Positions 53,198 through 62,818 of a DNA stretch of 64,000 nt are shown one piece after another. Made by a program: the position numbers and the translations under genes. This stretch comes from Clostridia bacterium (GTDB taxonomy: Bacteria > Bacillota > Clostridia > Oscillospirales > CAG-272). The first letter of the stretch is position 1; the number at the start of each line of letters is the position of its first letter. The notes below the pieces were generated by a model. The model made no database searches, had not been told where the DNA came from, and was given only the letters and a program-made list of their open reading frames with translations. The stretch lies in the NCBI GenBank assembly GCA_017466375.1, contig JAFTUH010000066.1, positions 18,038 through 82,037 on the forward strand, in the 5' to 3' direction.

Positions 53198-55000
53198 GTG
53201 AGCATCAGCAGCCTCGGAAATACAATCACCCTGTTCGGGCGCATTGCGGACACCCAAAAAATGCGCAAGCCGATTCTGTCTGAACCCGTCCGGAAGCCGC
53301 CGTGCAGAATTACTTCAGTAAAACAGCCGCTCCCGCGCGTTCGTCCCGAGGAGATCGGACTTGACAGCGCACGGATCGCCGCCTTTCTCGCCGAGCTTTC
53401 TCAGGACGAAACGCTGAATATGCACAGCGTACTCATTCTGCGAAACGGAAAAATCGTGACCGAGGCAACGTTCGGTGAGCATTCCCTGCACACGTGGAAG
53501 CAGACGTACTCCGCCTGCAAAAGCATCACTGCATTGGCTGTCGGTATGCTTGTCGAGGACAGAATGCTCTCCCTTGACGAAAAACTGACCGATCTTTTTG
53601 ACGCCAGACTGACGCCGCTTTCCAGAATCACCGCGAAGGACCTTACGGTGCGCCATCTGCTCACGATGACGACGGGCGCCTCCTTCAATGAAGCATCCGT
53701 GCACTCCGAAAAGGATTGGATCAAGGGATATTTCGGCGGATCGTTCTCGCCGGGGGCTTTTTCGTACAACAGTCTGAACTCGTATATGCTCTCCGCCATT
53801 GTCGGAATCAAAACGGGCATGCGCCTGTCCGAATTTCTGAACGAACGGCTCTTTCAGCCGCTCGGCATCACGGAATACCACTGGGAATGCTGTCCGCTGG
53901 GCATCGACAAGGGCGGCTGGGGGCTGTTTCTTCTGCCGGAGGACATGGCGAAAATCGGTCTGCTCGTGATGCAGGACGGCGTATGGATGGGCAGGCAGCT
54001 CGTCAGCCGTGACTGGATCCGTGAAGCAACCGCCGTACAGGTATCCGCCGAAGCTGTCTCGAAGCTGTACGATTACGGCTACCACATCTGGTGCGGTCGC
54101 GAAAAGAATTCGTTTCTGTTCAACGGTATGCTCGGACAGAACGTGCTCGGACTGCGCGACAGCGGTGTTCTGCTCGTCACAAACGCGGGCAACGACGAGA
54201 TTTTTCAGTCGAGCAACTATTTTACTGCCGCAGAGCGATATTTCGGCGCCTCCCTGCCCGACGTACTTCCGCAAAATGATGCGGCGTATCAGACGCTATG
54301 CAAGACGGTCGCGTCCCTGAAGGAGCACGTGCCGAGAAAAGCTGTGCCGAAACAGCCTCTCTGGAAAAAGCTGATCCCCGTAAAAAAGGCGGCACCGGCT
54401 CCTGCGCTGCCGGGCGAATGTGCCCTTCTCAGCGGTGTCCGCTTCACAAGTGACGATCCGAATGCACCGTCCGTCAGCCTCATGCCGCTGACACTGCAGG
54501 TCGTCCAGAACAATTACGGCAGCGGATTTTCTTCCGTATCCTTTTTGGCAAACGGAGACACCTTCTACATGACGTTCACGGAGGCGGAGGCGAGGTATCT
54601 TCTGCCCGTAGGCTTCGGCGTCTCCGCGGATGCTGATCTGTCCTTCGGCGGGGTTCCGTATCACGTCAAAACACTCGGACAGTTTTTGAAGGATGAAGAC
54701 GGACGTCCGCTTCTGAAAATCCGCGTTACGTTCACGGAAACGCCGCTCACGCGGTATTTCAAGATCTACTACACGGGCGTACACCCGTTTTTGAAAGCGT
54801 ATGAGCAGCCGGGCAGCGAGTTCATTTTCTCGCGTCTGCTCTCCCTGCAGGATATGTTCACGGCATCCCCCCTCCTCACGGGAGCCATCGGAAAGATCGA
54901 CCGGGACTTCGTCCGCTATCGCGTCTATAAAGCGTTCTCTCCCGAAATCCGCCTGCAGAAAGCATCTGAACAGGCAAAAGTGCCGGCAAACGTCCCGTAA
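53198..55000 (+). CDS. Serine hydrolase (beta-lactamase/transpeptidase-like fold) with a C-terminal extension
   Basis: GTG 53198 has AAAGGAG upstream. S-x-x-K motif SACKSITALAVGML. N-terminal region of the IGLDSARIAAFL type, common in class C-like esterases. Confidence 0.8.
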   Translation: MSISSLGNTITLFGRIADTQKMRKPILSEPVRKPPCRITSVKQPLPRVRPEEIGLDSARIAAFLAELSQDETLNMHSVLILRNGKIVTEATFGEHSLHTWKQTYSACKSITALAVGMLVEDRMLSLDEKLTDLFDARLTPLSRITAKDLTVRHLLTMTTGASFNEASVHSEKDWIKGYFGGSFSPGAFSYNSLNSYMLSAIVGIKTGMRLSEFLNERLFQPLGITEYHWECCPLGIDKGGWGLFLLPEDMAKIGLLVMQDGVWMGRQLVSRDWIREATAVQVSAEAVSKLYDYGYHIWCGREKNSFLFNGMLGQNVLGLRDSGVLLVTNAGNDEIFQSSNYFTAAERYFGASLPDVLPQNDAAYQTLCKTVASLKEHVPRKAVPKQPLWKKLIPVKKAAPAPALPGECALLSGVRFTSDDPNAPSVSLMPLTLQVVQNNYGSGFSSVSFLANGDTFYMTFTEAEARYLLPVGFGVSADADLSFGGVPYHVKTLGQFLKDEDGRPLLKIRVTFTETPLTRYFKIYYTGVHPFLKAYEQPGSEFIFSRLLSLQDMFTASPLLTGAIGKIDRDFVRYRVYKAFSPEIRLQKASEQAKVPANVP

Positions 55001-55196
55001 AGCGTCCCTGCCGGCGCTTTTTATGCAAAATTCATTCCCAATCCGTGACGATTATGAAAAAATTTCACAAAAGGGGATGACTTCTGCGCTAAAACAGTAT
55101 ATAATAATATGAGGCTGAAAAAATTTTTCGGATTTTTTTATTTTTTTGTGACCGATGCGCATTTCCGTGCGTGTATATGGCAAAGGAGTTGATCAG

Positions 55197-55673
55197 ATGC
55201 AGGCAGACGGCCGCAATGAAGCCTTTCGTCGTGTCTATGACACATACGCCGATATGCTCTACCGTCTCGCTGTATCGATGCTGAGAAGTCCGTCCGATGC
55301 GGAGGATGCCGTGCAGAATGCGTTCTGCCGATACCTCGATCGGGCACCCGATTTCCGTGACAGCGAACACGAGAAAGCGTGGCTCCTCAGAGTTCTGATC
55401 AATCAGTGCAAGGATATGATGCGGCGGCGCAAGGTGCGTGCGTGGCTCCCGATTGAGGCGCTTACCGATATAGGTGTGCAGGCAAAAAGCACCCCTGCTC
55501 TCGATGCGGTGTATACACTGCCCGAGAAGTACAAAGCCGTCATTATCCTCTACCATCTCGAGGAGATGAGCATTGATGAAATCGCTGAGGCACTCTCCCT
55601 CTCTCCCTCTGCCGTGAAAATGCGGCTGAGCCGTGGGCGGGACATGCTGCGCGAGGCACTCCTGAAAAGCTGA
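55197..55673 (+). CDS. ECF-type RNA polymerase sigma factor
   Basis: 158 aa from ATG 55197 (AAAGGAG upstream). Region 2 is DAEDAVQNAF..EKAWLLRVLINQCKD. Region 4 is SIDEIAEALSLSPSAVKMRLSRGR. Confidence 0.9.
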   Translation: MQADGRNEAFRRVYDTYADMLYRLAVSMLRSPSDAEDAVQNAFCRYLDRAPDFRDSEHEKAWLLRVLINQCKDMMRRRKVRAWLPIEALTDIGVQAKSTPALDAVYTLPEKYKAVIILYHLEEMSIDEIAEALSLSPSAVKMRLSRGRDMLREALLKS

Positions 55674-55695
55674 ATCTGCCAAAAGGAGGTTTCCC

Positions 55696-56319
55696 GTGCT
55701 GGACGAAGAATCCGTAAAAGCGTACAAGAGCATCCGCCTCGAACGGGATCTGCGCGCGGATATTCTGAACCGCCATGCAAGCCGGCAGTCATCCCGTGCT
55801 TTCGGCTCTCAGAAAATCCTGCGTCCGCTGGTCGCACTCTGCTCGCTCATTCTCATCTGCACCGCCGTGCTCGCAGGTGCTTTGAACACCCGCACCGGTA
55901 TTTACACAGGCAACACACGTCTCGGCGATTCCTCGCGAACAGCCGTGACCGAAACGGTCCGATACACCGATCCGCGTATGCGCTTCCATTTGTTTGAAAT
56001 CTCTGCAACGGACGATCTTACCTCCGCGGCGAATGACTGCGTACCGCTTCGGGTAAAGCTCGGTACAACCGCCTTCGTCGAAATCAGCGAAGGGGCTCTT
56101 CTCCTGCCCGACGGCAGCGGGAATTACACCTACGCCGGATTTGCCGGTGAGATCACAAACGGCGATACCCTGTACTGGTCCCTCACAGACTGTGAGACCC
56201 TCTCCCCTCTGACGGCACGCTTCACCGATGCAGACGGAAATCTGCTCGGCACCGTCACACTTACTTACGTCCAATCGGACAACGGCTGGTGTATCTCCGG
56301 CACGCTGTCTGAAAAATAA
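55696..56319 (+). CDS. Putative anti-sigma factor (single-pass membrane protein)
   Basis: GTG start 22 nt after the sigma gene, with AAAGGAGG upstream. About 40 cytoplasmic aa, one TM helix (LVALCSLILICTAVLAGAL), and about 140 aa outside. No zinc-binding motif. Confidence 0.5.
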   Translation: MLDEESVKAYKSIRLERDLRADILNRHASRQSSRAFGSQKILRPLVALCSLILICTAVLAGALNTRTGIYTGNTRLGDSSRTAVTETVRYTDPRMRFHLFEISATDDLTSAANDCVPLRVKLGTTAFVEISEGALLLPDGSGNYTYAGFAGEITNGDTLYWSLTDCETLSPLTARFTDADGNLLGTVTLTYVQSDNGWCISGTLSEK

Positions 56320-56347
56320 AATTTTTTTAGAAAAGGAAATGTTCACT

Positions 56348-56959
56348 ATGTTTAAGAAGATTCTGATCGCACTCCTCACATTCGTAATGGTTTTCTCCAT
56401 CGCAGCCTGCTCCAAGGACCCTGTTGACACCAACAACGACGGTGCTTCCACTCCCGAGGACACCACCCCCGAGACCCCCGCTATCACCGATTCCCTTGAG
56501 ATTCTGAACAACGTATGGGCTCTTTACGCCGATGAGGAAAAGTTCGCTGCAGCAGGCGGTGACTCCTCTGAGGCAAACATGTCCATGGAAGGCCCCGGCA
56601 GATACTCCCTCACCGAGTCCGAGGGCTTCATCGCAACGATGAACTTCCCCGCATCCGAGATCGAGAAGATTGACGACGCTGCTAACCTCATCCACATGAT
56701 GAACCTCAACACCTTCACCGCAGCTGCTGTCCGCGTTGCAAATACGGATGACCTCATCACCGTTTTCTCCGCTGCTAAGGAGAACATCCTCGGCACGCAG
56801 TGGATGTGCGGTTTCCCGGAGAAGCTCGTGATGGCATCCATCGATGACACCTACCTCGTTTACGCATACGGCAACGGCGAGCTCATCGAGAATTTCAAGG
56901 CAAAGCTCGGCGAGGCTTATCCGAACGTTGTATTCCTTGCAGAGCAGGTCATCGAGTAA
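56348..56959 (+). CDS. Putative lipoprotein of unknown function
   Basis: ATG 56348. Signal peptide plus lipobox FSIAAC. An acidic Thr/Pro-rich linker follows. Confidence 0.6.
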   Translation: MFKKILIALLTFVMVFSIAACSKDPVDTNNDGASTPEDTTPETPAITDSLEILNNVWALYADEEKFAAAGGDSSEANMSMEGPGRYSLTESEGFIATMNFPASEIEKIDDAANLIHMMNLNTFTAAAVRVANTDDLITVFSAAKENILGTQWMCGFPEKLVMASIDDTYLVYAYGNGELIENFKAKLGEAYPNVVFLAEQVIE

Positions 56960-56981
56960 TTTATCCGATCCCATAAAACCG

Positions 56982-57017
56982 AATGCGCCTCTGTACCCGA
57001 TACAGGGGCGCATTTTT
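56982..57017 (+). terminator. Rho-independent terminator after the lipoprotein gene
   Basis: 14-bp stem AATGCGCCTCTGTA / TACAGGGGCGCATT, then T4. Confidence 0.8.
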
Positions 57018-57065
57018 ACAACAAATAGTTAACAGGATAAACCAATTTCACCGAAGGAGAAACGT

Positions 57066-58469
57066 ATGTTATTTTCCAGCATTCCGTTTTTGTTCTACTT
57101 TCTCCCCTTGGTGCTGGTGCTGTACTGCATCGCACCGAGAAAACTGAAGAATCTCGTTCTTCTTCTGACGAGCTTTCTCTTCTACTTCTGGGGTGAGCCG
57201 AAATACACGATTCTCATGCTCACCACGATCACGATCTGCTACGTTTCTGGTATTCTCGTGGAGAAATTCCGCGGTCAACTGCTCGCGAAGGTATTTTTGT
57301 GGGTTGGCGTCGGATCGTGCCTTCTGTTCCTCGGCTTCTTCAAATATGCCGATTTCTTCATCAGCAATATTAACGCGCTTCTGGGCGTCAGCGTTCCGCT
57401 TCTGAAAATCGCTCTGCCCATCGGTATCAGCTTTTATACCTTCCAGAGCCTCAGCTACGTCATTGACGTATACCGAGGAAACGTACCCGCACAGAAAAAC
57501 TATATCAATCTTGCAACGTACGTCGTTCTGTTCCCGCAGCTGATTGCAGGTCCGATCGTCCGCTACACGGATATCAACGAGGACCTCGAGACGCGTACCC
57601 ACTCCATGGAAAAAATTGCGGCGGGCGCATTCCGCTTCACGGTCGGTCTTGCGAAGAAAATCCTCATCGCAGACCAGCTCGGCGAGCTTTGCGATATCTT
57701 CCGCAATTCGGGGGATAAATCCGTACTTTTCTACTGGCTGTACGCCGTCGCATTCGGTCTGCATATCTACTTCGACTTTTCCGGCTACAGCGATATGGCA
57801 ATCGGTCTCGGCAAGATCTTCGGCTTCCGCTTCCTCGAAAACTTCAACTATCCCTATATTTCAAAGAGCATTACCGAGTTCTGGCGCCGCTGGCATATGT
57901 CCCTCGGCTCCTGGTTCCGCGATTACGTCTATATCCCGATGGGCGGCAACCGCTGCTCCACACCGCGCTGGCTGTTCAATATCTTCGTCGTATGGATGCT
58001 CACCGGGTTCTGGCACGGTGCCGACTGGAACTTCGTGATCTGGGGATTGTACTTCGCATTCTTCCTCATCATTGAGAAGGTCTGGCTCGGCAAGATTCTC
58101 CAAAAGCTCCCGTCCTTCGTTTCGCACATCTATACGCTCTTCCTTGTACTGATCAGCTTCGTGATCTTTAACGCGCCGACGATGGGCACGATCATCACGG
58201 ACCTCGGCGGTCTGTTCGGTGCACTCGATGTCCCTGCCGTAAACAGCGAAACGCTTTACTATCTGCGCAGCTATGCGGTGGTATTCGTCCTCGCGCTGAT
58301 CGGTGCGACACCGCTGGTCAAGACGCTCGCAACCAGATTTGCCGAAAGCGAAAAGACGAAAAAAATCGCAAACGTGCTCGAGGCACCGGTGATGATCGTG
58401 CTGCTTCTGCTCGTTACCGCATACCTTGTGGACGGCTCGTTCAGCCCGTTCCTCTATTTCCGATTCTGA
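57066..58469 (+). CDS. MBOAT family O-acyltransferase (AlgI/DltB-like)
   Basis: 467 aa, polytopic. N-terminus MLFSSIPFLFYFLP, the SITEFWRRWHMSL motif and the conserved His in GFWHGA. Confidence 0.92.
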   Translation: MLFSSIPFLFYFLPLVLVLYCIAPRKLKNLVLLLTSFLFYFWGEPKYTILMLTTITICYVSGILVEKFRGQLLAKVFLWVGVGSCLLFLGFFKYADFFISNINALLGVSVPLLKIALPIGISFYTFQSLSYVIDVYRGNVPAQKNYINLATYVVLFPQLIAGPIVRYTDINEDLETRTHSMEKIAAGAFRFTVGLAKKILIADQLGELCDIFRNSGDKSVLFYWLYAVAFGLHIYFDFSGYSDMAIGLGKIFGFRFLENFNYPYISKSITEFWRRWHMSLGSWFRDYVYIPMGGNRCSTPRWLFNIFVVWMLTGFWHGADWNFVIWGLYFAFFLIIEKVWLGKILQKLPSFVSHIYTLFLVLISFVIFNAPTMGTIITDLGGLFGALDVPAVNSETLYYLRSYAVVFVLALIGATPLVKTLATRFAESEKTKKIANVLEAPVMIVLLLLVTAYLVDGSFSPFLYFRF

Positions 58470-58487
58470 GAAAGGCAGGATTACGTT

Positions 58488-59594
58488 ATGGAAAACAAAG
58501 TAAAGAATATTCTCGTAAGCGTTCTGTTCTGCCTCTTCATCGTTGGCGGTGCCGTCTTCTGCCTGGTGAAGCCGGCTGACGATTACTCCCTGTCCGAACG
58601 GCGCGAGTTGAAGAAGTTTCCGAAAATCACGTGGGCGTCCGTTGTCGATACGTCGTGGATGTCCTCCTTTGAGGATTACACCCTCGATCAGTTCCCCCTG
58701 CGCGACACCTTCCGTCAGCTGAAGGCGTTTACGCACTACTACGCATTCGCGCAGAAGGACAACAACGATATCTACCTCGTGGGCGATCAGGTGTCCAAGC
58801 TGGAAGCACCGCTGAAAGAGAATGAGGTGCTCCATGCGGCAGGCCGCTTTGAGGCAATGTACAACAAGTTCTTCGCCGATACGGATGCAAAGCTCTACTA
58901 CTCCATCATCCCCGACAAGAACTACTTCCTCGCTGAACAGAACGGATATCCCGCACTGGATTATGATAAGATGCTCGCGTTGATGGATGAGAATCTGACG
59001 CACTTCACGTATATCGATATTTTCGATCAGCTCACGATCGACAATTATTACAATACGGATACGCACTGGAAGCAGGAGACCCTGGGCGACGTCGTGGAAA
59101 CGCTCGGCGAGGGCATGGGAATCCTTCCTTACCTCGATGACAGCTACACTGCAAATACGCACACGCCCTTCTACGGCGTATATGCGGGTCAGGCGTCTCT
59201 GCCCGTCGCGCCCGATACGCTGACGTATCTGACAAACGAGCTGTTTGACGGATGCACCGTGACGAATTTCGAGACGGGCAAGACCATGCCTATGTATGAT
59301 CTCGACAAGCTGAACTCCCCCGACCCGTACGAGGCTTACCTCGGCGGTCCGCTCTCCCTTGTCACGATTGAGAATCCGAACGCGCAGACGGATCGCGAGC
59401 TTGTGCTCTTCCGCGATTCCTTCGGTTCGAGCATCACCCCGCTGCTTGTCTCCGCATATGCGAAAATCACGCTGGTGGATATCCGCTACATTCAGCCGGA
59501 ATTTCTCCCGCGCTTTGTGGATCTCACCACGGCGGATGACGTGCTCTTCCTCTACAGCACGCTTGTTCTGAACAACGCATCGACTCTGAAATAA
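58488..59594 (+). CDS. DHHW-family (AlgJ/AlgX-like SGNH) protein, partner of the MBOAT
   Basis: 368 aa. N-terminal TM anchor, the NTDTHW motif, and FRDSFGSS near the C-terminus. Confidence 0.8.
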   Translation: MENKVKNILVSVLFCLFIVGGAVFCLVKPADDYSLSERRELKKFPKITWASVVDTSWMSSFEDYTLDQFPLRDTFRQLKAFTHYYAFAQKDNNDIYLVGDQVSKLEAPLKENEVLHAAGRFEAMYNKFFADTDAKLYYSIIPDKNYFLAEQNGYPALDYDKMLALMDENLTHFTYIDIFDQLTIDNYYNTDTHWKQETLGDVVETLGEGMGILPYLDDSYTANTHTPFYGVYAGQASLPVAPDTLTYLTNELFDGCTVTNFETGKTMPMYDLDKLNSPDPYEAYLGGPLSLVTIENPNAQTDRELVLFRDSFGSSITPLLVSAYAKITLVDIRYIQPEFLPRFVDLTTADDVLFLYSTLVLNNASTLK

Positions 59595-59603
59595 TCCCCC
59601 GAA

Positions 59604-59631
59604 AAGGCTGCCGGAACCGGCGGCCTTTTTT
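59604..59631 (+). terminator. Rho-independent terminator after the DHHW gene
   Basis: Stem AAGGCTGCCGG / CCGGCGGCCTT, then T6. Confidence 0.8.
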
Positions 59632-59745
59632 GTGTTTTGTACAAAAAAAGGCTTGCTTTTTCCCCGGATATGCGGTATACTGTTATCAGATTCTGTTTTT
59701 CAGATTCTATTTCGAATTTTGCACAATCGTATCCCGGAGGTAACC

Positions 59746-62100
59746 ATGGACTTCAAGAACATTCCCGTCGCCGCTCATCCTTCCTATACATGGCTGTGGA
59801 ACGGCACAATCACAAAGGAAGGCATCCGTGCGCAGCTCGACGAGATGTACGATGCAGGCATCCGCGCAGTTTATGTCATCGGCGAATCGGAAAACTTCCG
59901 CCCGCTGACCCGCCGTACTCACCTGTCTCCTGCATATCTCTCTGAGGAGTACATCGATCTGGTATATTACGCATTCACTTACGCTGAGGAAAAGGGGATG
60001 TACACATGGCTCTATAACGAGGGTGGCTTCCCCTCCGGTATGGCGTGCGGCATCATCCGAAAAGAGCGTCCCGATCTCGCACAAAAGCAGCTCCGCTCGG
60101 TAATCGTCACCCTGCCCGCTAATACACCGTACACGCCCGACGCGGCGCATCTTGCCGCTTTCATCGGTGAGGAGCGCGTCCACGCAGGCGACACGTTCGA
60201 TACCGAGGTGGAAATCACCTGCTACGTCGTCGGCGTAACGGACGGCGCGAATATGGTCCAGACGGACAATGCAAAACTCGAGAACACAGAACTGTTCCTC
60301 AAATATACGCATGAGGCGCTGAAAAAACGCTTCGGCGATCACATGGGCAAAGAAGTCACCCTGATGTTTGACGATGAGGCCTTCATGGGATCGTGGACGG
60401 ACGGACTTGAGACGATTTTCCGGGATCGGTACGGCTATGACCTCACCGACTATCTCCCCGTGATTGCGGGAACCATCGAGCCGCACACAGACGCGCAGTT
60501 TAAGGCGCGCAGTGATTATAACATACTCACCGGCGATCTGGTACGGAATGCCTACTTTATCCCGATGCGGCAGTGGCTGAACGAACACGGTATGAAATCC
60601 GTCGGTCACGTCGATCTTGACAGCCGCACGGAGGGTCCCGGACTGCGCCGCTACGGCAACGTCATGCAGACGCTCCGCGCGTATGATATCCCCGGCGTCG
60701 ACGTAATCTGGAGTCAGATCACCTACCCGACAAACGGAAAATCCTGCAAGGACGGAAACGAATTCTTCCCTCGCCTTGCTTCCTCCGCCGCACGCCAGCA
60801 GGGACACAGCCTTTCCCTTTCGGAAAGCTGTTCCGTATACGGCGCGCACGTAACGCCCGAGGAGATGCGCTACGTCGTAAACTACCAGGCGGTACGCGGC
60901 ATCAGCCTGTACAATTTCCTGGCAATCTCCTACACGAGAGACGGCATCCTTCCTTACCAGTTCCGTCCGAGCTTTATCAAAGAAAATCCCGGCACGGACT
61001 GCCTTTTTGAAATCAACGAATACATAGCACGGCTGTCGCATATCCTGCAGTCGTCCTCTGCTGAAATACATACCGCGCTGTACTATCCTCTGCGCACACT
61101 CTGCGCGGGCGGTGCCCTCTGCGCGGAGGCAAAAGCCTCCTACGAACAGCTCGGCGAACAGCTTGAGGCGGCAGGAATCGATTTCGATATTATAGATGAG
61201 GATTTCGTGGAAAACGCAGTGCTTGACGGCAACGCACTTGTCGGCCAGCACGTCCGATACGAAAACGTATTTGTACCGATCGCCGGCATGGAACCGCCCG
61301 CCGTCATCGAAAAGATGAGCCGCACGGGTAAGGCGAAGATGCCTTGTATCGGACGGACAAATCCGAAACTTCTCGCACGAAAGCTGCTCCTGACCGATGG
61401 GGATGAAGCGTATTTTCTCACGAACACGGACGGCTGCACGATCGAGGACACGGTGACGATCCCCTCCGCCAAGGCACTCTACACGGTCGATCTGTCGGAC
61501 GGCGAAGTATACATCCCCGCCTACACGCAGGCAAACGGCGAGATCCGCCTGCCTGTACGTCTTTTGAGAGGCGAAGGCATGATGCTGTATCTGACGGACG
61601 CGCCTATTCAGGCGAAGCCAGTGCCCGTATTCTCCCCTGTTTGCGGGATCACGGATTTCACTTCGTTTGTCAGCCGCCATTACTCGATCCAAAACGGTCC
61701 GCACAACGAATTCTTCACGGACGGTGAGAAATCCGTCGGGCTCGCCCCGTGGGCGGAGAATTTCTCAGGCGAGGTAACGTATACGGCTGCACTCCCGACG
61801 CTTCCCGATGGAGAATACGTGCTGGATCTCGGTGAGGTGCATCATGTCGCAAAGGTGTACGTGGACGGCGAGAAAATCGGCGAGGCAACGATGCCGCCGT
61901 ACCGCCTCTCCATCCCGGCACACGGCGGAGAGATGAAAATTGTCGTTGCCAATACTGCCGCGAATGTGACAAGGGACGATCCGTTCTTTGCCGAGAGCGA
62001 TCCCGCGGACGTCGGTCCGTATCACGGATTCATGAGCAAGGATGAGGGGAAAGCCCCTGCGGGCGGTCTGCTCGGCCCTGTTATGATTTATAAAAAATAA
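59746..62100 (+). CDS. Glycoside-hydrolase-like protein (jelly-roll / GH2 sugar-binding-type C-terminal domain)
   Basis: ORF 59632-62100. ATG 59746 has GGAGG upstream. N-terminus PSYTWLWNGTITKEGIRAQLDEMYDAGI and C-terminus GEVHHVAKVYVDGEKIGE, as in glycosylhydrolase-like jelly-roll proteins. The family assignment is tentative. Confidence 0.65.
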   Translation: MDFKNIPVAAHPSYTWLWNGTITKEGIRAQLDEMYDAGIRAVYVIGESENFRPLTRRTHLSPAYLSEEYIDLVYYAFTYAEEKGMYTWLYNEGGFPSGMACGIIRKERPDLAQKQLRSVIVTLPANTPYTPDAAHLAAFIGEERVHAGDTFDTEVEITCYVVGVTDGANMVQTDNAKLENTELFLKYTHEALKKRFGDHMGKEVTLMFDDEAFMGSWTDGLETIFRDRYGYDLTDYLPVIAGTIEPHTDAQFKARSDYNILTGDLVRNAYFIPMRQWLNEHGMKSVGHVDLDSRTEGPGLRRYGNVMQTLRAYDIPGVDVIWSQITYPTNGKSCKDGNEFFPRLASSAARQQGHSLSLSESCSVYGAHVTPEEMRYVVNYQAVRGISLYNFLAISYTRDGILPYQFRPSFIKENPGTDCLFEINEYIARLSHILQSSSAEIHTALYYPLRTLCAGGALCAEAKASYEQLGEQLEAAGIDFDIIDEDFVENAVLDGNALVGQHVRYENVFVPIAGMEPPAVIEKMSRTGKAKMPCIGRTNPKLLARKLLLTDGDEAYFLTNTDGCTIEDTVTIPSAKALYTVDLSDGEVYIPAYTQANGEIRLPVRLLRGEGMMLYLTDAPIQAKPVPVFSPVCGITDFTSFVSRHYSIQNGPHNEFFTDGEKSVGLAPWAENFSGEVTYTAALPTLPDGEYVLDLGEVHHVAKVYVDGEKIGEATMPPYRLSIPAHGGEMKIVVANTAANVTRDDPFFAESDPADVGPYHGFMSKDEGKAPAGGLLGPVMIYKK

Positions 62101-62131
62101 GCCGAAAGGCGATTACGAAAGGATTTTAGCT

Positions 62132-62707
62132 ATGAAAACGATCAAGAACAAGCAGCTTCTCGTCGGCGCAGACTTCGCCGGATTCCCGCTGAAGGAGGCA
62201 GTCGTCGCACATCTGAAGGCAAAGGGCTGGGAGATCACGGACGTCGGCGTAAAGGCTGACTCCGACCCGAACGACACCGATCTCATGTTCCACCGCGTAG
62301 GTCTCAGAGCCGGCGCTATGATCTCCGAGGGTGAGTTTGAGAGAGCACTCCTCTTCTGCGGTACCGGTATGGGTATCCACATCGCAGCAAGCAAGTGCCC
62401 GCACGTTCATGCAGGTGTTGTCGAGAGCGTTCCCGCTGCTCGCCGCGCTATCACCGGCAACGGTGTAAACGTCCTCGCTATGGGTGCGTTCTACGTTGCT
62501 CCCGCTATGGGCTGTGACATTGCAGACGCTTACCTGAGCGCTGAGCTCGGCACCGGCTACGAGTGGTGGCACAACTTCTACGAGTTCCACAAGCTGTCCA
62601 TCGACGAAATGGAAGCCTTCGATTACGAAGAGTACAAGAAGAACGGCTTCAAGGTCAACAAGCTCGGCGATTTCGATCTCAAGCTCGAAACCAAACCCGA
62701 GGACTGA
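62132..62707 (+). CDS. RpiB/LacA/LacB family sugar-phosphate isomerase with a C-terminal extension
   Basis: 191 aa. GADFAGFPLKE, and LFCGTGMGIHIAASK containing the catalytic Cys. About 45 extra C-terminal residues. Confidence 0.82.
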   Translation: MKTIKNKQLLVGADFAGFPLKEAVVAHLKAKGWEITDVGVKADSDPNDTDLMFHRVGLRAGAMISEGEFERALLFCGTGMGIHIAASKCPHVHAGVVESVPAARRAITGNGVNVLAMGAFYVAPAMGCDIADAYLSAELGTGYEWWHNFYEFHKLSIDEMEAFDYEEYKKNGFKVNKLGDFDLKLETKPED

Positions 62708-62721
62708 TCGTATTTACAAAG

Positions 62722-62752
62722 CGGAGCTGCCGATTCGGGCGGCTCCGTTTTT
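62722..62752 (+). terminator. Rho-independent terminator after the isomerase gene
   Basis: Stem CGGAGCTGCC / GGCGGCTCCG, then T5. Confidence 0.75.
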
Positions 62753-62758
62753 CTGTAC

Positions 62759-62787
62759 TTGACAGGTGCCTCTTTTTCCGCTATAAT
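62759..62787 (+). promoter_or_regulatory. Sigma-70-type promoter for the AraC-family gene
   Basis: TTGACA (62759-64), 17 nt, TATAAT (62782-87). Full consensus. Confidence 0.7.
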
Positions 62788-62818
62788 GAATCTGTATCCG
62801 GACGCGGAGGTGAAGTGT

